A DNA stretch of 64,000 bases, taken from contig OY776510.1 of the NCBI GenBank assembly GCA_963675665.1, positions 4,448,001 through 4,512,000 of the forward strand, in the 5' to 3' direction. Of this stretch, positions 21,541 to 32,183 are shown one piece after another (position 1 is the stretch's first letter; every line of letters starts with the position of its first letter). This DNA comes from Spirochaetia bacterium. GTDB lineage: Bacteria; Spirochaetota; Spirochaetia; UBA9216. The notes under the pieces were generated by a model. It saw nothing but the letters and a program-made list of their open reading frames with translations, had not been told where the DNA came from and ran no database searches. A program made the position numbers and the translations under genes.

Positions 21541-22552
21541 ATATGACATAATTCCCGTTATATGGTCTAATAAACATTCTCATTATGGAAATATTTCCAC
21601 ATTCAAATCTTACAGGTTTTTCCTCATGAAAAGTTATATAGAACTTAACTGACCTTAAAAATGGCGGGTCCGCTATTATTTTCATGATTTCTGGAGAAAT
21701 CAGATCCAAAGTTTTTTCTAACTTGCTTTTCACACAGATTTGTATTTTCTCTTTTATTACAGGCGGAGACTTTTCTTACTTTTCTTATGCTCTCTACTCG
21801 CTGCTTTTTTCAATACCATATTCCGCGGAAGAAAGAATGTCATCTTTACAATGCTGCCTCTGATTAAGAGCAGTTAGATTGTTTTTAATCCACTTTATCT
21901 TGATAATTGGGTTTATCTAATGCTGTATAATTGTCAGATGTAAGAAGGAATTTTGATAAAGCTTCTTTATCGTACCGATAAAATTTACGTTTAAATTTTT
22001 TTGAGAAAAGGACAAACAATATACCATCCTCAAAAAAATATAATATTCCCTCATTTTATTAAGATAGATTCCTGAACGCATAACATTCCAATATAATATA
22101 TGTGCAGGATGATTAGCAGTTTTATAATAAAAATTAAAAAACAATTGTTAAAATCATCTATTATTTCTTCTTCAAGTCCATAAATTTCAATACGATTTTC
22201 AGCAAATATTTTATCCACACTAACATTACTCATATGTTTCTCCTATTTTAACATAATCAATGGTGTATAAACATAATTTTATAAATATTTCATTTATACC
22301 ACCCCAACCCTGTTGAACCCGACACCATTACGGAGCAGCAGCCTGCTATTAAGTATGATAATTCCAGGTTCTCACACCTCGGCACCGCATCGACTAATGG
22401 CACCTTGCGATATCTAATAAAAGACAACCAGCTTGATTTTATATTCCCGCTTTCCGAGGGCAAGACTGATCACAACCTGATGATCTCTGAAATAAACCTT
22501 AAGGAACAGTATATGATACTAAGCGATGAAGAGCAGCTTTACCGCGTAAGAC

Positions 22553-22864
22553 TCAAGTAAATCCATGCAACATATTCTTTTGCTCCAGGTACAGCTTAAT
22601 CTTCCGCACACCAGCCATTGAAACTACTTTATAAGACCATCGATTACCGACAAACCGCCCCCGCCTTATAACCCCAAGCAGTACATGATCAATATAAAAC
22701 ACACTACCGTAAGCGGTAACCGAGATAGTACGCTCAAAATCTGATTCATCCATTTCAACCCTGCCGACCGGCACAGGCCTGAGCCTTTGCCGCTTTCGAT
22801 ACGCCCTAAGCTTTCGCTCAGCATCCAGATAGGATTCATACAAACCGGTAAAACCAACTTTCAT
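22553..22864 (-). CDS. small basic hypothetical protein
   Basis: 103-aa ORF, G-rich RBS, downstream of a large hairpin. Confidence 0.55.
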   Translation of the reverse strand: MKVGFTGLYESYLDAERKLRAYRKRQRLRPVPVGRVEMDESDFERTISVTAYGSVFYIDHVLLGVIRRGRFVGNRWSYKVVSMAGVRKIKLYLEQKNMLHGFT

Positions 22865-22948
22865 AAAACACCCCCGATAAAAAAAGGAATTTGCCCCTAA
22901 AAAAGAGAATACTTTTTATCTACCGGCGGCATAACCGATACACCATAG

Positions 22949-23028
22949 CCTGAAGCAGGTTCAGTCAAGGCTGAAAAGCCGCAGGCTTTTTACCCGAAGG
23001 GCCTGGCCTTGACGGGTTCTGTTGCAGG
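22949..23028 (+). promoter_or_regulatory. long imperfect hairpin with cGNAg mini-loops; candidate ssDNA (Frpo-like) promoter
   Basis: cctgaagcaggttcagtcaaggc pairs with gccttgacgggttctgttgcagg; inner aaaagccGCAggctttt and cccGAAggg. Confidence 0.5.
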
Positions 23029-23423
23029 ATACAACAATTAAAACACCCGCTGATTAATGAAATACATAATTGAACTGTGTCGGGAAAAATTGATGAAGCT
23101 ATATGACAAAATATTGAATAGAAGCCTGCCCCTCCAGTTAAAGGAGGGGGCTGTTATTATAAAAACAGATATTTTCTTCGTATTAAATTACCAATCTTTA
23201 TGGTTCATACTACTGAAAAACATGAAGCATTATTGGACTGAAACACATTGTACAAGAAAAGGTCTCTCTCTTTCCCCTCCACACTCCCCATTTTTAGTCA
23301 GATTATGATACAGCGGCCAAGATTTTTTACTTCATAAAAAATTGCTTTGTACTACTCCTGACTACCTTTATATACAATTGAACGTATGATAATGAAGTAT
23401 ATGAGTAAGCGGTAATTCTTACC

Positions 23424-24977
23424 CTATGCCTTAATCAGCCCAGGAGTCAGGTTGAACGGAAGCAGTGCTTCATAATCAGCCGGTGTTTTGCAATTTGGAA
23501 GCTGTCTGAAAACGTAGTAGAAATAATCATAGACCGAGAGGTTCTGCATTTTAGCTGATTCAACAAGGCTGTACAAAATTGCTGAAGATTCGGCGCCGTG
23601 TTCTGTATCGGAAAACAACCAATTCTTCCTGCCGATCACAAAAGGCCGGATTGCGTTTTCGGCAATGTTGTTAGACGACGTAAGCAGCGGGTCTTCCAAA
23701 TACAAGTTTAACTGCTTCCAATTATCCAGCGTATAGGCAATAGCTTTCCCGAAGGCAAGTGTAGGCGGCGTTGCCGCTGCATATTGTGTCAGTAATTCAA
23801 ATAAGGATTTCAGAATCGGAGAAGCCCTGTTCGTCCGTTGTTTTTGAAACCCTTTCTTAGAAAAATCAGCTCTTAAATCTTCAAGCTCAAAAAGTTTCTT
23901 AATCAATTCGAGTATCTGTTTTGCATCCGGAGATTTAGACAGCTCCCAATACTTGTAGAAATATCTACGGGCATGAGCCCAGCACAAAACATGACGAATA
24001 GATTTATTTCCTTCATCGCTTAGTTTTTTCAATGCAGTGTGATAAGCCTCATAATCATCAGTCTGCAGCCAGCCGGAATATTCTTGCAGGAAATCATACG
24101 GAACTTTATGAGAGCGGCTTGTTTCATACTGAAACACAACAGATTTTTTATCAGTCTCTCCACCAAGAAATACCCACATCCAGGATTTATCCTGTGCTTT
24201 ACGACCTTTTTCTTTCAAAACCTGCACCCGGGTTTCATCAGCATTGATTACTGGACCGTTTTTAATATTATCTTTAAGCAGCTCATATAGCGGCTTGCAT
24301 CTTTCAGCGCATTTAATTGCCAATGTGCTCAGTGTTGCACGTGGAATATCCGCACCTATCGCATTCAACCTCTTACTCTGTCGATAAAACGGCAGCGCAT
24401 ATTCAAACTTCTCATTTATAATCCATGCAAGCAGGCTTTCATCGGCAATACTTCCGGAAATGAGGTGTTTAATCCCTTCTGCTGTCTGTACTCCGGATGA
24501 ATCATCAGTTGTTCCTTCACAATTTCGGCAGACATATTTTTTCTTTATCTCACGTCTGACGACTACTTTCGCAGGAACGATGCAGAGTCGTTCAGATACA
24601 TCTTCACCTATACAAACCTTCTCGGTACCACAGGCACAGGTTTTATCTTCTTCATCGATATCGTATTCAACAATCTCGCGAGGCAGGTCTTCAGAAAGCG
24701 CTTTTCTTCCCGAGTTCTTTCGAACTGTTTTTGTGTGGGCTTTTACTTCAAGGGTTTCTGATTCTATTTCATCCTGCTGCTCAAATGCGGAATCTTCTGC
24801 TTCGTTGAAAAGGGACGCCTGCTTCTTATCTTCACTGGTAAATTTCTCAGATTTTGTTCCGAAGTGAAGAGTCTGCAGGAGGTGTACCAGTTCTTTCAAT
24901 TCGGTAATCTGATTATCCTGATTTTGGACTGTTTGTTTGAGTTGAGCAATTTCGTTAAGCAAGGCTTCAGTACTCAC
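23424..24977 (-). CDS. tnpC: IS66 transposase TnpC
   Basis: ADETRVQVL, CWAHARR, NNIAENAIRPFVIGRKNWLF. Confidence 0.96.
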   Translation of the reverse strand: MSTEALLNEIAQLKQTVQNQDNQITELKELVHLLQTLHFGTKSEKFTSEDKKQASLFNEAEDSAFEQQDEIESETLEVKAHTKTVRKNSGRKALSEDLPREIVEYDIDEEDKTCACGTEKVCIGEDVSERLCIVPAKVVVRREIKKKYVCRNCEGTTDDSSGVQTAEGIKHLISGSIADESLLAWIINEKFEYALPFYRQSKRLNAIGADIPRATLSTLAIKCAERCKPLYELLKDNIKNGPVINADETRVQVLKEKGRKAQDKSWMWVFLGGETDKKSVVFQYETSRSHKVPYDFLQEYSGWLQTDDYEAYHTALKKLSDEGNKSIRHVLCWAHARRYFYKYWELSKSPDAKQILELIKKLFELEDLRADFSKKGFQKQRTNRASPILKSLFELLTQYAAATPPTLAFGKAIAYTLDNWKQLNLYLEDPLLTSSNNIAENAIRPFVIGRKNWLFSDTEHGAESSAILYSLVESAKMQNLSVYDYFYYVFRQLPNCKTPADYEALLPFNLTPGLIKA

Positions 24978-25015
24978 ATAAGAATTTTACCACGGTTAAA
25001 TTCGAGTGTGAAGCC

Positions 25016-25360
25016 CTAAACGCGGGAATAATTTAATTGCTTATGCGCTTTAAAGAAATCTATTCCATCAAGCAGCATCTTCAACTCTTCGAACTTTATC
25101 TCCCTCGCGTCTTCTTCCGTTTCCGGCCAGGGGAACTTATTCTTTTCAAGTCTTTTCTGCCAAAGACAGAATCCGTTCCGATCCCAGTAAACGATTTTAA
25201 GCAGCTTTCTTTTGCCGTTGCAGAATAGAAACAGACTTTTTGAGAACGGGTCGTTCTGCATTATATTCTGAATCTGCAGGCTCAGACCGTTCACACCTTT
25301 TCGTAAATCAGTTTTCCCGGGTCTGACGAAGTAACGGTATTCTGAGTAATCGATAATCAT
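25016..25360 (-). CDS. tnpB: IS66 accessory protein TnpB
   Basis: TDLRKGVNGL, KIVYWDRNGFCLWQKRLE. Confidence 0.95.
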   Translation of the reverse strand: MIIDYSEYRYFVRPGKTDLRKGVNGLSLQIQNIMQNDPFSKSLFLFCNGKRKLLKIVYWDRNGFCLWQKRLEKNKFPWPETEEDAREIKFEELKMLLDGIDFFKAHKQLNYSRV

Positions 25361-25656
25361 TCGAGCTCCCCGATTACTTTAAGAACTGATTTCAGCCCGG
25401 CTTCATCAAATCCGGCAGTTATTGATATTAAGAACTTTTTGGTTTTTATAACTATTGGGGCGGCTGAGAAGATTCCATTTGGTTTTATTTCAACAACTGA
25501 AGAACTTCCGGGTGCTTCCTGATTGCCAATAATTTTCCTGTTTTTATAAAACGTGTTTGGATGAATCCCGATCTCTTTACAGAACTCTAAAATCGTCTTA
25601 CCGCTTTGCTGTTGTTGCTCAATGACTTCTTCCCAATTATTTATTACCTTTCGCAT
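25357..25656 (-). CDS. tnpA: IS66 accessory protein TnpA
   Basis: W...QQQSGKTILEFCKEIGI HTH; first ORF of the element. Confidence 0.9.
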   Translation of the reverse strand: MRKVINNWEEVIEQQQQSGKTILEFCKEIGIHPNTFYKNRKIIGNQEAPGSSSVVEIKPNGIFSAAPIVIKTKKFLISITAGFDEAGLKSVLKVIGELE

Positions 25657-26579
25657 TTATTTCCTCCTGGTTAATAATTCCGGAGGATAATACATTTTTA
25701 TATTTTAGCAAGAAGGTAAGAATTACCGCTTACGTATATGAACCTATTTCTTCCTATATATAAGAAATAATAGAAATAAAGATAAATAGTATATAGAGAG
25801 AGCTACAATTCATCATAAAAAACCGGTTTGTTTACACAAAAATACAAGACCATATAGGAAACAATCATTTATACCGGAAAAAACACGCCCCGAGCGGTTA
25901 AATCTAAAACCAAAAAAATATAGCTTATGTGCCCGGCGGAGGTTGAACCGAAGGTTTTACCGTAGCCGGACGATGATATGTTCTGCAATAACAGAGTATT
26001 ACAACAATTAAGACGAAGGGCCCGCGGTGTGAAACACTGCGGTGCGTAGGCCTTTTTACGGCTGGAAGCCGGACGCTCCCCCCCCAGCGGGGGGGGACGG
26101 GAGAGGGGGGAGAATACAATAACTTTCATTACAGCGCTGGTCCGGATGGAAGCCGTAAAAAGCCGGGCCGAAGATAGCAGCTGTTCAATAGCCTTGAATG
26201 GACACTAAAGCATAGCACTGATTGTGCTTCCCTAGATGACGGATAAAAGCCGTAACCACCCCGCTTTCTATTGGACGGCTGTTTGATGAGGGCCGTAGAG
26301 TTCCAGGTATCGTTTCCCTACCCCTGCCACGCATGGACGCGCGGCGACTACACGTGCCGGCAAAGGAGTTTATTAGCAGACCCGGCAAAGGGAGCGCGGC
26401 AGCGCGGTTGCCGGAAATAGTAGCTCACGGCCGCAGAGCAAAAACGGGAGCGCTGTCTTCGGCGCGGGTTTTTGCGGCCATGTTGGGAAAGAAGCCGACG
26501 GTCTGCAATAGCAGTCCGTGAGGCGGGTTATGAGCTGGCTACGGGGGAATTTATACGGGCGGAGCCGGTGATTTTAAAA

Positions 26580-27248
26580 TCACTCATCAACAAATCTCAA
26601 CCTATCTTTTATGAGATTTCCTAGACCATCAATTTTCACTAAAGATATTTTGTCGAAATCGGTTCTAAAAGCCAATATAGCTTTAGCATCTCCTTGAATA
26701 TTCAAATAAATCATAAAACACTCGTGATAGTATTTATGAATATCAGCTAAGCATTCTGATATTTTTTTAGTAAAAAATATTTTATTATATTTGTATTCTG
26801 AATCAAAAAGATTAAATTGCTGTTTTATTGATTCATAACCCAATACATTTACAACCCTTACATACGTTTCGTTTTTATCCGATGATTCTATAATCAATTT
26901 TTTATGATATTCTGGGATTGGATTACCATTTAAAAATTCTATCAAAGATTCATTACTATACTGATTCAAATCATCATACAATGTCTTCTTATCTGAATAG
27001 AAAAGTACCATACTTCTGAAAGTTACTACATATTCCCATAATGTTGGTAATATCTCAAACTCTTTTTGATTTAATTTTGATATCCTATCAAATTCTAAAT
27101 TCAATTTAAGTTTATATTTTTCAGTTAATCTATTGATATGATGCTCAAAGATCCTTTTTCCAAAGAATTTGATTAAAGCAAAAACGACAACTGCACCACC
27201 ACCTACAGCACCTAAAAATTGAATAACTGCAACTGCTATATTACTCAT
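26580..27248 (-). CDS. hypothetical membrane-anchored protein
   Basis: 222-aa ORF; N-terminal TM and helical body resembling 44345-44977. Confidence 0.7.
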   Translation of the reverse strand: MSNIAVAVIQFLGAVGGGAVVVFALIKFFGKRIFEHHINRLTEKYKLKLNLEFDRISKLNQKEFEILPTLWEYVVTFRSMVLFYSDKKTLYDDLNQYSNESLIEFLNGNPIPEYHKKLIIESSDKNETYVRVVNVLGYESIKQQFNLFDSEYKYNKIFFTKKISECLADIHKYYHECFMIYLNIQGDAKAILAFRTDFDKISLVKIDGLGNLIKDRLRFVDE

Positions 27249-27292
27249 TAATAATGATCCTTATAATTTTTTAAAATTAATAAATACATAAT

Positions 27293-28033
27293 TTAATTTT
27301 TGAGTCTGTATGCTTTTATAGTAGCCTTACCTTTACCTGGATAAGTTTTCATCTCAAACTCTTTTAATTTTTCAATGATTCTTGTTAATTTGGGTTCACC
27401 GTAAGTACGTGGATCAAATTCTGGAAGCTGACGTTTTATATATGAACCTACTGCCGCGGTATTAGCCCATCCATCTTCATCCTGATATTTTTCCCAACCC
27501 TTAGTTAAAATAGGAATCAAGGATGTTTGTTCAGATTCTATATTATTCGTTTCTGTAATTACTGTTTTTTCAGTATTGCTTGAATCATCCGAAAAAAGAT
27601 TCTCTGTTAAAATGAAATCATCACAAGCATTCTTAAATGAAATCGGAGTTTTCTTTTCTCCAACACCAAAAACGTACATTTCTGATTCCCTTAATCTTGA
27701 TGCTAATTTTGTAAAATCACTATCACTGGAAACTATTACAAAAGCATCATATTTTTCAGAATACAGTAAATCCATTGCATCAATAATCATTGAAGCATCT
27801 GTTGAGTTTTTACCTTGTGTATATGCAAATTGTTGAACAGGCTGTATAGCTAATTCATTAAGAATAGTCTTCCAGTTTTTTAGATAATCGCTTGACCAAT
27901 CGCCATAAGCCCTTTTACAAACAATGTGACCATGAGCGGATACTTCACTTAATATAGCTGAAAGCTTTGTATACTGTGCATTATCAGCATCTATTAGTAC
28001 TACAATTTTTTTTGAATCTTCTAAATCCTTCAT
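27293..28033 (-). CDS. NYN (LabA/DUF88) domain protein with OST-HTH
   Basis: LIDADN, GKNSTD, VSSDSDF, FDPRTYG. Confidence 0.92.
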   Translation of the reverse strand: MKDLEDSKKIVVLIDADNAQYTKLSAILSEVSAHGHIVCKRAYGDWSSDYLKNWKTILNELAIQPVQQFAYTQGKNSTDASMIIDAMDLLYSEKYDAFVIVSSDSDFTKLASRLRESEMYVFGVGEKKTPISFKNACDDFILTENLFSDDSSNTEKTVITETNNIESEQTSLIPILTKGWEKYQDEDGWANTAAVGSYIKRQLPEFDPRTYGEPKLTRIIEKLKEFEMKTYPGKGKATIKAYRLKN

Positions 28034-28044
28034 TTTATCAACCC

Positions 28045-29220
28045 TTAAAAGTCTTTCATCCTAGGACGCATTACATTAACAAATATATTTAACCAATCTT
28101 TAAAAAATGATTTTATTTGCTCTCTATTTTTGGGATTAAAGACATCCTCACAAGACAATCTGACACCAGCGGCATCCCCTTCATCCCAAGACCAAATGAC
28201 ATCTTCACCAAGCTCTTTGCGTATCATATCTTTATCTTCACTGAGAGCCCTATAAATTCTATTACCCTCGGTATCGTTCTGACAACGGAAATAAACACCT
28301 ACACGTTTTTGGCTTTTCATAAAATATGCACTGATCCATGCTCTACGAGTTTTCCCTGGATAAACATATAGATTTTGACCATTTGCAGGATTTGGTAAAG
28401 GTTGACCAGGATCATCAAATGATAATTCCGCAATAAGCTCTGACCAAAATTTAGAATAAAATGAGCGTTCAGATTCCCACTCATCCGAATAGTTACTTTT
28501 CTCTTCAGAAGAAGATGCACTGGATAATACTAAGCCATGAGGTATATCAACAGTTATCTTTTGAAGTTCAACGGTTTTTGTAATGATTCTTGGCATCAAG
28601 ATCATTCCGAGAGTTTCATTCTTATAAACAGCTAACTCTACCATTCCAAAAGTAAAATTAAGATGACCAGCTGAAATTAGAAACTCTGCAATACCTGAAG
28701 CACCTTCTCGAATGCCATCACCAACAATAAGAAGTAAGAAATTACCCTTTTTAAGATTCATGCTTACAGTATCAACAAAATCAGATTCATTTAATAAGAA
28801 TTCAGAATTAGACTCCTTCGCTATTTCATAAAGAGTATTCCCTTGTCTTTTCAATCGACGGTTTAATTCTCTTTGTAGATCCTCATAAGCCCATTTTGAG
28901 AGTTCTTTTGCATAATCAAGAATTTGTGCAACAACTACTCTTCTTGCTTCAGGGTTTCTCCATAATTTTGTTTCAATAATTACAATTTCACCAGATGGCG
29001 TAATCATAAAAATATCGAGGGGGCCTACTGGTGTGTTTAATTCAGTGCATACGGGGATTACAGGATTATAAGATTCATCAATTTCACTGATAGGTAAACT
29101 TGCAGGATATTTAAAAACCAGATTCTGGATTGTTAATTCATCAACATCTTCTAATTTCTGCAGTAATGTAACTTGATCATTTTTGATCCAGATTGGCTCA
29201 CCATAAGCTGAATTCTTCAT
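28045..29220 (-). CDS. PD-(D/E)XK nuclease-like protein with DUF4268-like C-terminus
   Basis: LDIF...IIETKL...VAQILDYA; FYSKFWSEL; probable start MKNSAY. Confidence 0.7.
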   Translation of the reverse strand: MKNSAYGEPIWIKNDQVTLLQKLEDVDELTIQNLVFKYPASLPISEIDESYNPVIPVCTELNTPVGPLDIFMITPSGEIVIIETKLWRNPEARRVVVAQILDYAKELSKWAYEDLQRELNRRLKRQGNTLYEIAKESNSEFLLNESDFVDTVSMNLKKGNFLLLIVGDGIREGASGIAEFLISAGHLNFTFGMVELAVYKNETLGMILMPRIITKTVELQKITVDIPHGLVLSSASSSEEKSNYSDEWESERSFYSKFWSELIAELSFDDPGQPLPNPANGQNLYVYPGKTRRAWISAYFMKSQKRVGVYFRCQNDTEGNRIYRALSEDKDMIRKELGEDVIWSWDEGDAAGVRLSCEDVFNPKNREQIKSFFKDWLNIFVNVMRPRMKDF

Positions 29221-29445
29221 ATACTTTTCCTTTTTTATAATTACATACTTATATAAACAATTATAACTTATTAAATACCATATCCGCAATTATAATTAAA
29301 AGGTGAGTACAGTTATGATACCATTTAGCCAATGGAATTGGGAGGAATTAGGCCGAATAAGACTCTTTACAGAGTAATAAGATTTGACTAATTCCTTATC
29401 CTATAGTAATATAGATGAATAGATAAGAACCTACGGAATTGAGCG

Positions 29446-29583
29446 GTTTAACGACGTTTTGAGTAGCGAAACCGGCCGAGTCTTCGAGGCTTGGCGCAGT
29501 TCTGGAACGTAGCGCGATCAGCGCGGAGTGTCTCTGCCAGAACTGTGACAAAGGTTTTGACTACTCCAAATCTCTTGTTATAC
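29446..29583 (-). repeat. attC 1
   Basis: + strand gtttaac...gttatac. Confidence 0.92.
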
Positions 29584-29708
29584 GGATATTTTACTATGTT
29601 TTTAAGGTTTACAGGATGTTTTATTTCTTCAGGATTCAAATTTCTTACATTCTTAAATTTCTAATAATTCTTATTAATAATAGCGATTTTGATACAATAG
29701 AATATGAT

Positions 29709-29963
29709 TTAATAATGATATCGACAGGCAATGATTCTTATAAATTTTTCTTCTACTTCATATACAAGACGATGTTCTTGATCAATTCTACGAGACCAAC
29801 ATCCTTGCAATTGATATTTTAAAGGTTCAGGTTTACCAATTCCTTCAAATGGATTTCTTCTTATATCTTTTATTAATTCATTAATTCTTCTTAAATTCTT
29901 TTTATCATTCTTTTGCCAGTATAGATAATCATCCCAGGATTCAGGCGTAAATAGTAAATTCAT
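29709..29963 (-). CDS. yoeB: Txe/YoeB toxin
   Basis: WDDYLYWQ, GIGKPEPLK, WSRRIDQEHRLVY. Confidence 0.96.
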   Translation of the reverse strand: MNLLFTPESWDDYLYWQKNDKKNLRRINELIKDIRRNPFEGIGKPEPLKYQLQGCWSRRIDQEHRLVYEVEEKFIRIIACRYHY

Positions 29964-30214
29964 TCTTCTATTAATTCTTTCTTAATAGTATTTCCAGATC
30001 TGGCTGATTCAAGAGATTTCATCAAATGATCAGCATTTTTCTTAGATGATAAAAGATATTGAGTCTCTGTAAGACTGTTGTAATCATCTAATGAAATCAT
30101 CACTAAATTCTCATTATCTTTTCTTGTGATAATAAGAGGTTCATGATCCTGATAAACTTGATCCATATGAGCCTTTAAATTTCGTCTTAGATCTGAATAA
30201 TTAACAGCTTCCAT
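29960..30214 (-). CDS. yefM: Phd/YefM antitoxin
   Basis: VNYSDLRRNLK...ISLDDYNSLTETQYLL; overlaps yoeB. Confidence 0.95.
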   Translation of the reverse strand: MEAVNYSDLRRNLKAHMDQVYQDHEPLIITRKDNENLVMISLDDYNSLTETQYLLSSKKNADHLMKSLESARSGNTIKKELIEE

Positions 30215-30249
30215 AAGTACAATATATAGTACTTATAAATGTACGTCAA
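30213..30249 (-). promoter_or_regulatory. leaderless promoter and operator of yefM-yoeB
   Basis: TTGACG-17-TATATT-6-ATG; ataagtac/gtacttat inverted repeat. Confidence 0.75.
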
Positions 30250-30357
30250 CTATTTTATCAATTAAAGATATGAAACCAATTAATGGGGTTTAATCCATAA
30301 ATTAATCCCAATTGACTCACATTTTCAAGATTAGGCTGTAAAGATACACGATATTCC

Positions 30358-30503
30358 GTATAACGACAATTTGAGCTGCGCCCTCGATCCTGGAGCGAAG
30401 CGGAAGGAATTGGCGTGATTCTGGAACGTAGCGCGATCAGCGCGGAGTGTCTCCGCCAGAATCATGACAATAGACGGCGACTGCTCCAAATTTTTTGTTA
30501 AAT
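30358..30503 (-). repeat. attC 2
   Basis: gtataac...gttaaat. Confidence 0.92.
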
Positions 30504-30616
30504 ACCTACGATGTTAATACATATTAGAAAAATAAGGATATTCAAATTTCTTCTCATTTTCTTCATAGCTGAAAGTTTTGTGTCATTAGTCCAAAGACAA
30601 GGATGTCTTTGGATCT

Positions 30617-30889
30617 TCAGACTATCGCTATTCTTACTTCCTTTCCCAATGCCTTTGCTACTTTTTCTATTGTTGATAGTTTTATATCTTCTGAATGATT
30701 TTCCATTCTTGATATCACACTCTTTGTTGTATGTATCCTTCTTGCTAATTCTTCCTGTGTTAATCCATTATTCTCTCTTGCTTCTCTCAAAAATACACCT
30801 ATTTTGAATTCTTCATATCCTTCCCAGAATTCCTCTTTACTTATTCCTTCTTTTTTTATTCTTTTATCAACATATTCATCTAGGTTCAT
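30617..30889 (-). CDS. HigA-like XRE antitoxin
   Basis: GLTQEELARRIHTTKSVISRMEN. Confidence 0.9.
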   Translation of the reverse strand: MNLDEYVDKRIKKEGISKEEFWEGYEEFKIGVFLREARENNGLTQEELARRIHTTKSVISRMENHSEDIKLSTIEKVAKALGKEVRIAIV

Positions 30890-31238
30890 TATTCTTCCTC
30901 CTCAAATAATCTCTTCTATATTCTTCTGCTTGTTTTATCTCTTTTGCAGGTGTTTTTTGCGATTTCTTGATTATTCCATGCGTTAGCACAATCAGATTAT
31001 TTTTTTCCAAAAAACTAAATATTCTATAAATATTAGAACCAAATTTTATTCTTATTTCCCAAATTCCATCTGTAGATTCTAATTTCTTAAAATATGTTTT
31101 TGGAACTATATCTTTCTCTTCAATAATTTTGAAAGTCCATGCAATCTTCTTAACTATCTTTATTTCAAGATTATTTAGAAATTCTTCAACTGGACATCTT
31201 CCATTTTCTTTTTCATAGAAGATAATTTCTCGTTTCAT
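30876..31238 (-). CDS. RelE/HigB-like toxin (Gp49 type)
   Basis: CPVEEFL, IWEIRIK, LTHGIIKKSQKTP; probable start MKREII. Confidence 0.9.
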   Translation of the reverse strand: MKREIIFYEKENGRCPVEEFLNNLEIKIVKKIAWTFKIIEEKDIVPKTYFKKLESTDGIWEIRIKFGSNIYRIFSFLEKNNLIVLTHGIIKKSQKTPAKEIKQAEEYRRDYLRRKNNEPR

Positions 31239-31245
31239 ATAATCT

Positions 31246-31274
31246 ATGTTAGCATACATGCTAACATATTTCAA
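31246..31274 (-). promoter_or_regulatory. leaderless promoter with perfect operator palindrome
   Basis: TTGAAA-17-TAACAT-7-ATG; atgttagcat-ac-atgctaacat. Confidence 0.75.
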
Positions 31275-31420
31275 GTATATATCCTCAAATAGCCATGGAT
31301 GGCTATTCTTCATCAATAAATTCTTTCAGCTCAGCTATCCCAACAATGGGAATTCTTTTATTTTTCTCATTTCATCCCAATAACACTTATCATTTTCCCA
31401 AAACTATTATATCTCTGTGT

Positions 31421-31558
31421 ATTTAACGACGATTTGAGTTGCCTTGTCACCGAGCATAGCGAGGTTCATTTATTTCTCAAACTATTAACATTTCTGAGTA
31501 TATGCTATCCCATATATAGTATTTATCAAAAAGGACAACTCCAAATCTCTTGTTAAAT
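31421..31558 (-). repeat. attC 3 (atypical, AT-rich centre)
   Basis: conserved ends atttaacgacgatttgagttgcctt / aaggacaactccaaatctcttgttaaat; centre unrelated to the other sites. Confidence 0.8.
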
Positions 31559-31627
31559 GCCTTATTCTTAACCAGACCGCACGGCGGAGCCAAGGGATGG
31601 TTTTATAGATACAAAATATATAATTTT

Positions 31628-32164
31628 TCATATGTTCTTTTCAATTTTTCTTTTTTCTATTTCTCTATTAATTTTCTCTATATCACATTGCTCAATAAAG
31701 TATTCTTTATCATCAAAATCAAATAACTTAATTTTTAATTTATCTGTATTCTCAAATATAGCTGGAGAAAGCATTGGCAAATCTTTTGTTTCACCACTTT
31801 CTAATACTATCGGAAGCAGTCTCTTTCTAATCCCATAAGCTTCTTCAGGTTGTTCGTACCACCCAGGAGAACCTTCTGTCTTTATACCTTTTCTTGTATA
31901 ACCAGAATATTCAATTCCTTTAATCGTAATACGTTCAGAACCAAGATTTGCTAATAAAATGACAACGATTGGAAATTTTTCCTTTGTAACCTGATCAATT
32001 TTCAATAGATAATATAAATCCGTCTTAAATTTTTTCTTTTCTTTATTCTTTTTTATTTTTGCTATACAAAAACGAATAAAACCAACAACTACAATAATTG
32101 TTGAAAGAATAGCACCATATAATGCAACTATATTGAATTCTTTCATTTCGCTCACATATTCCAT
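31628..32164 (-). CDS. hypothetical cassette protein with N-terminal TM
   Basis: 178-aa ORF in cassette 3-4. Confidence 0.7.
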   Translation of the reverse strand: MEYVSEMKEFNIVALYGAILSTIIVVVGFIRFCIAKIKKNKEKKKFKTDLYYLLKIDQVTKEKFPIVVILLANLGSERITIKGIEYSGYTRKGIKTEGSPGWYEQPEEAYGIRKRLLPIVLESGETKDLPMLSPAIFENTDKLKIKLFDFDDKEYFIEQCDIEKINREIEKRKIEKNI

Positions 32165-32183
32165 TTTTATATTAAATCCTTAA

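Larger units (their letters stand above)
23405..25733 (-). mobile_element. complete IS66-family element
   Basis: 19-bp perfect IRs gtaagcggtaattcttacc / ggtaagaattaccgcttac; 8-bp TSD GTATATGA; three ORFs. Confidence 0.97.
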
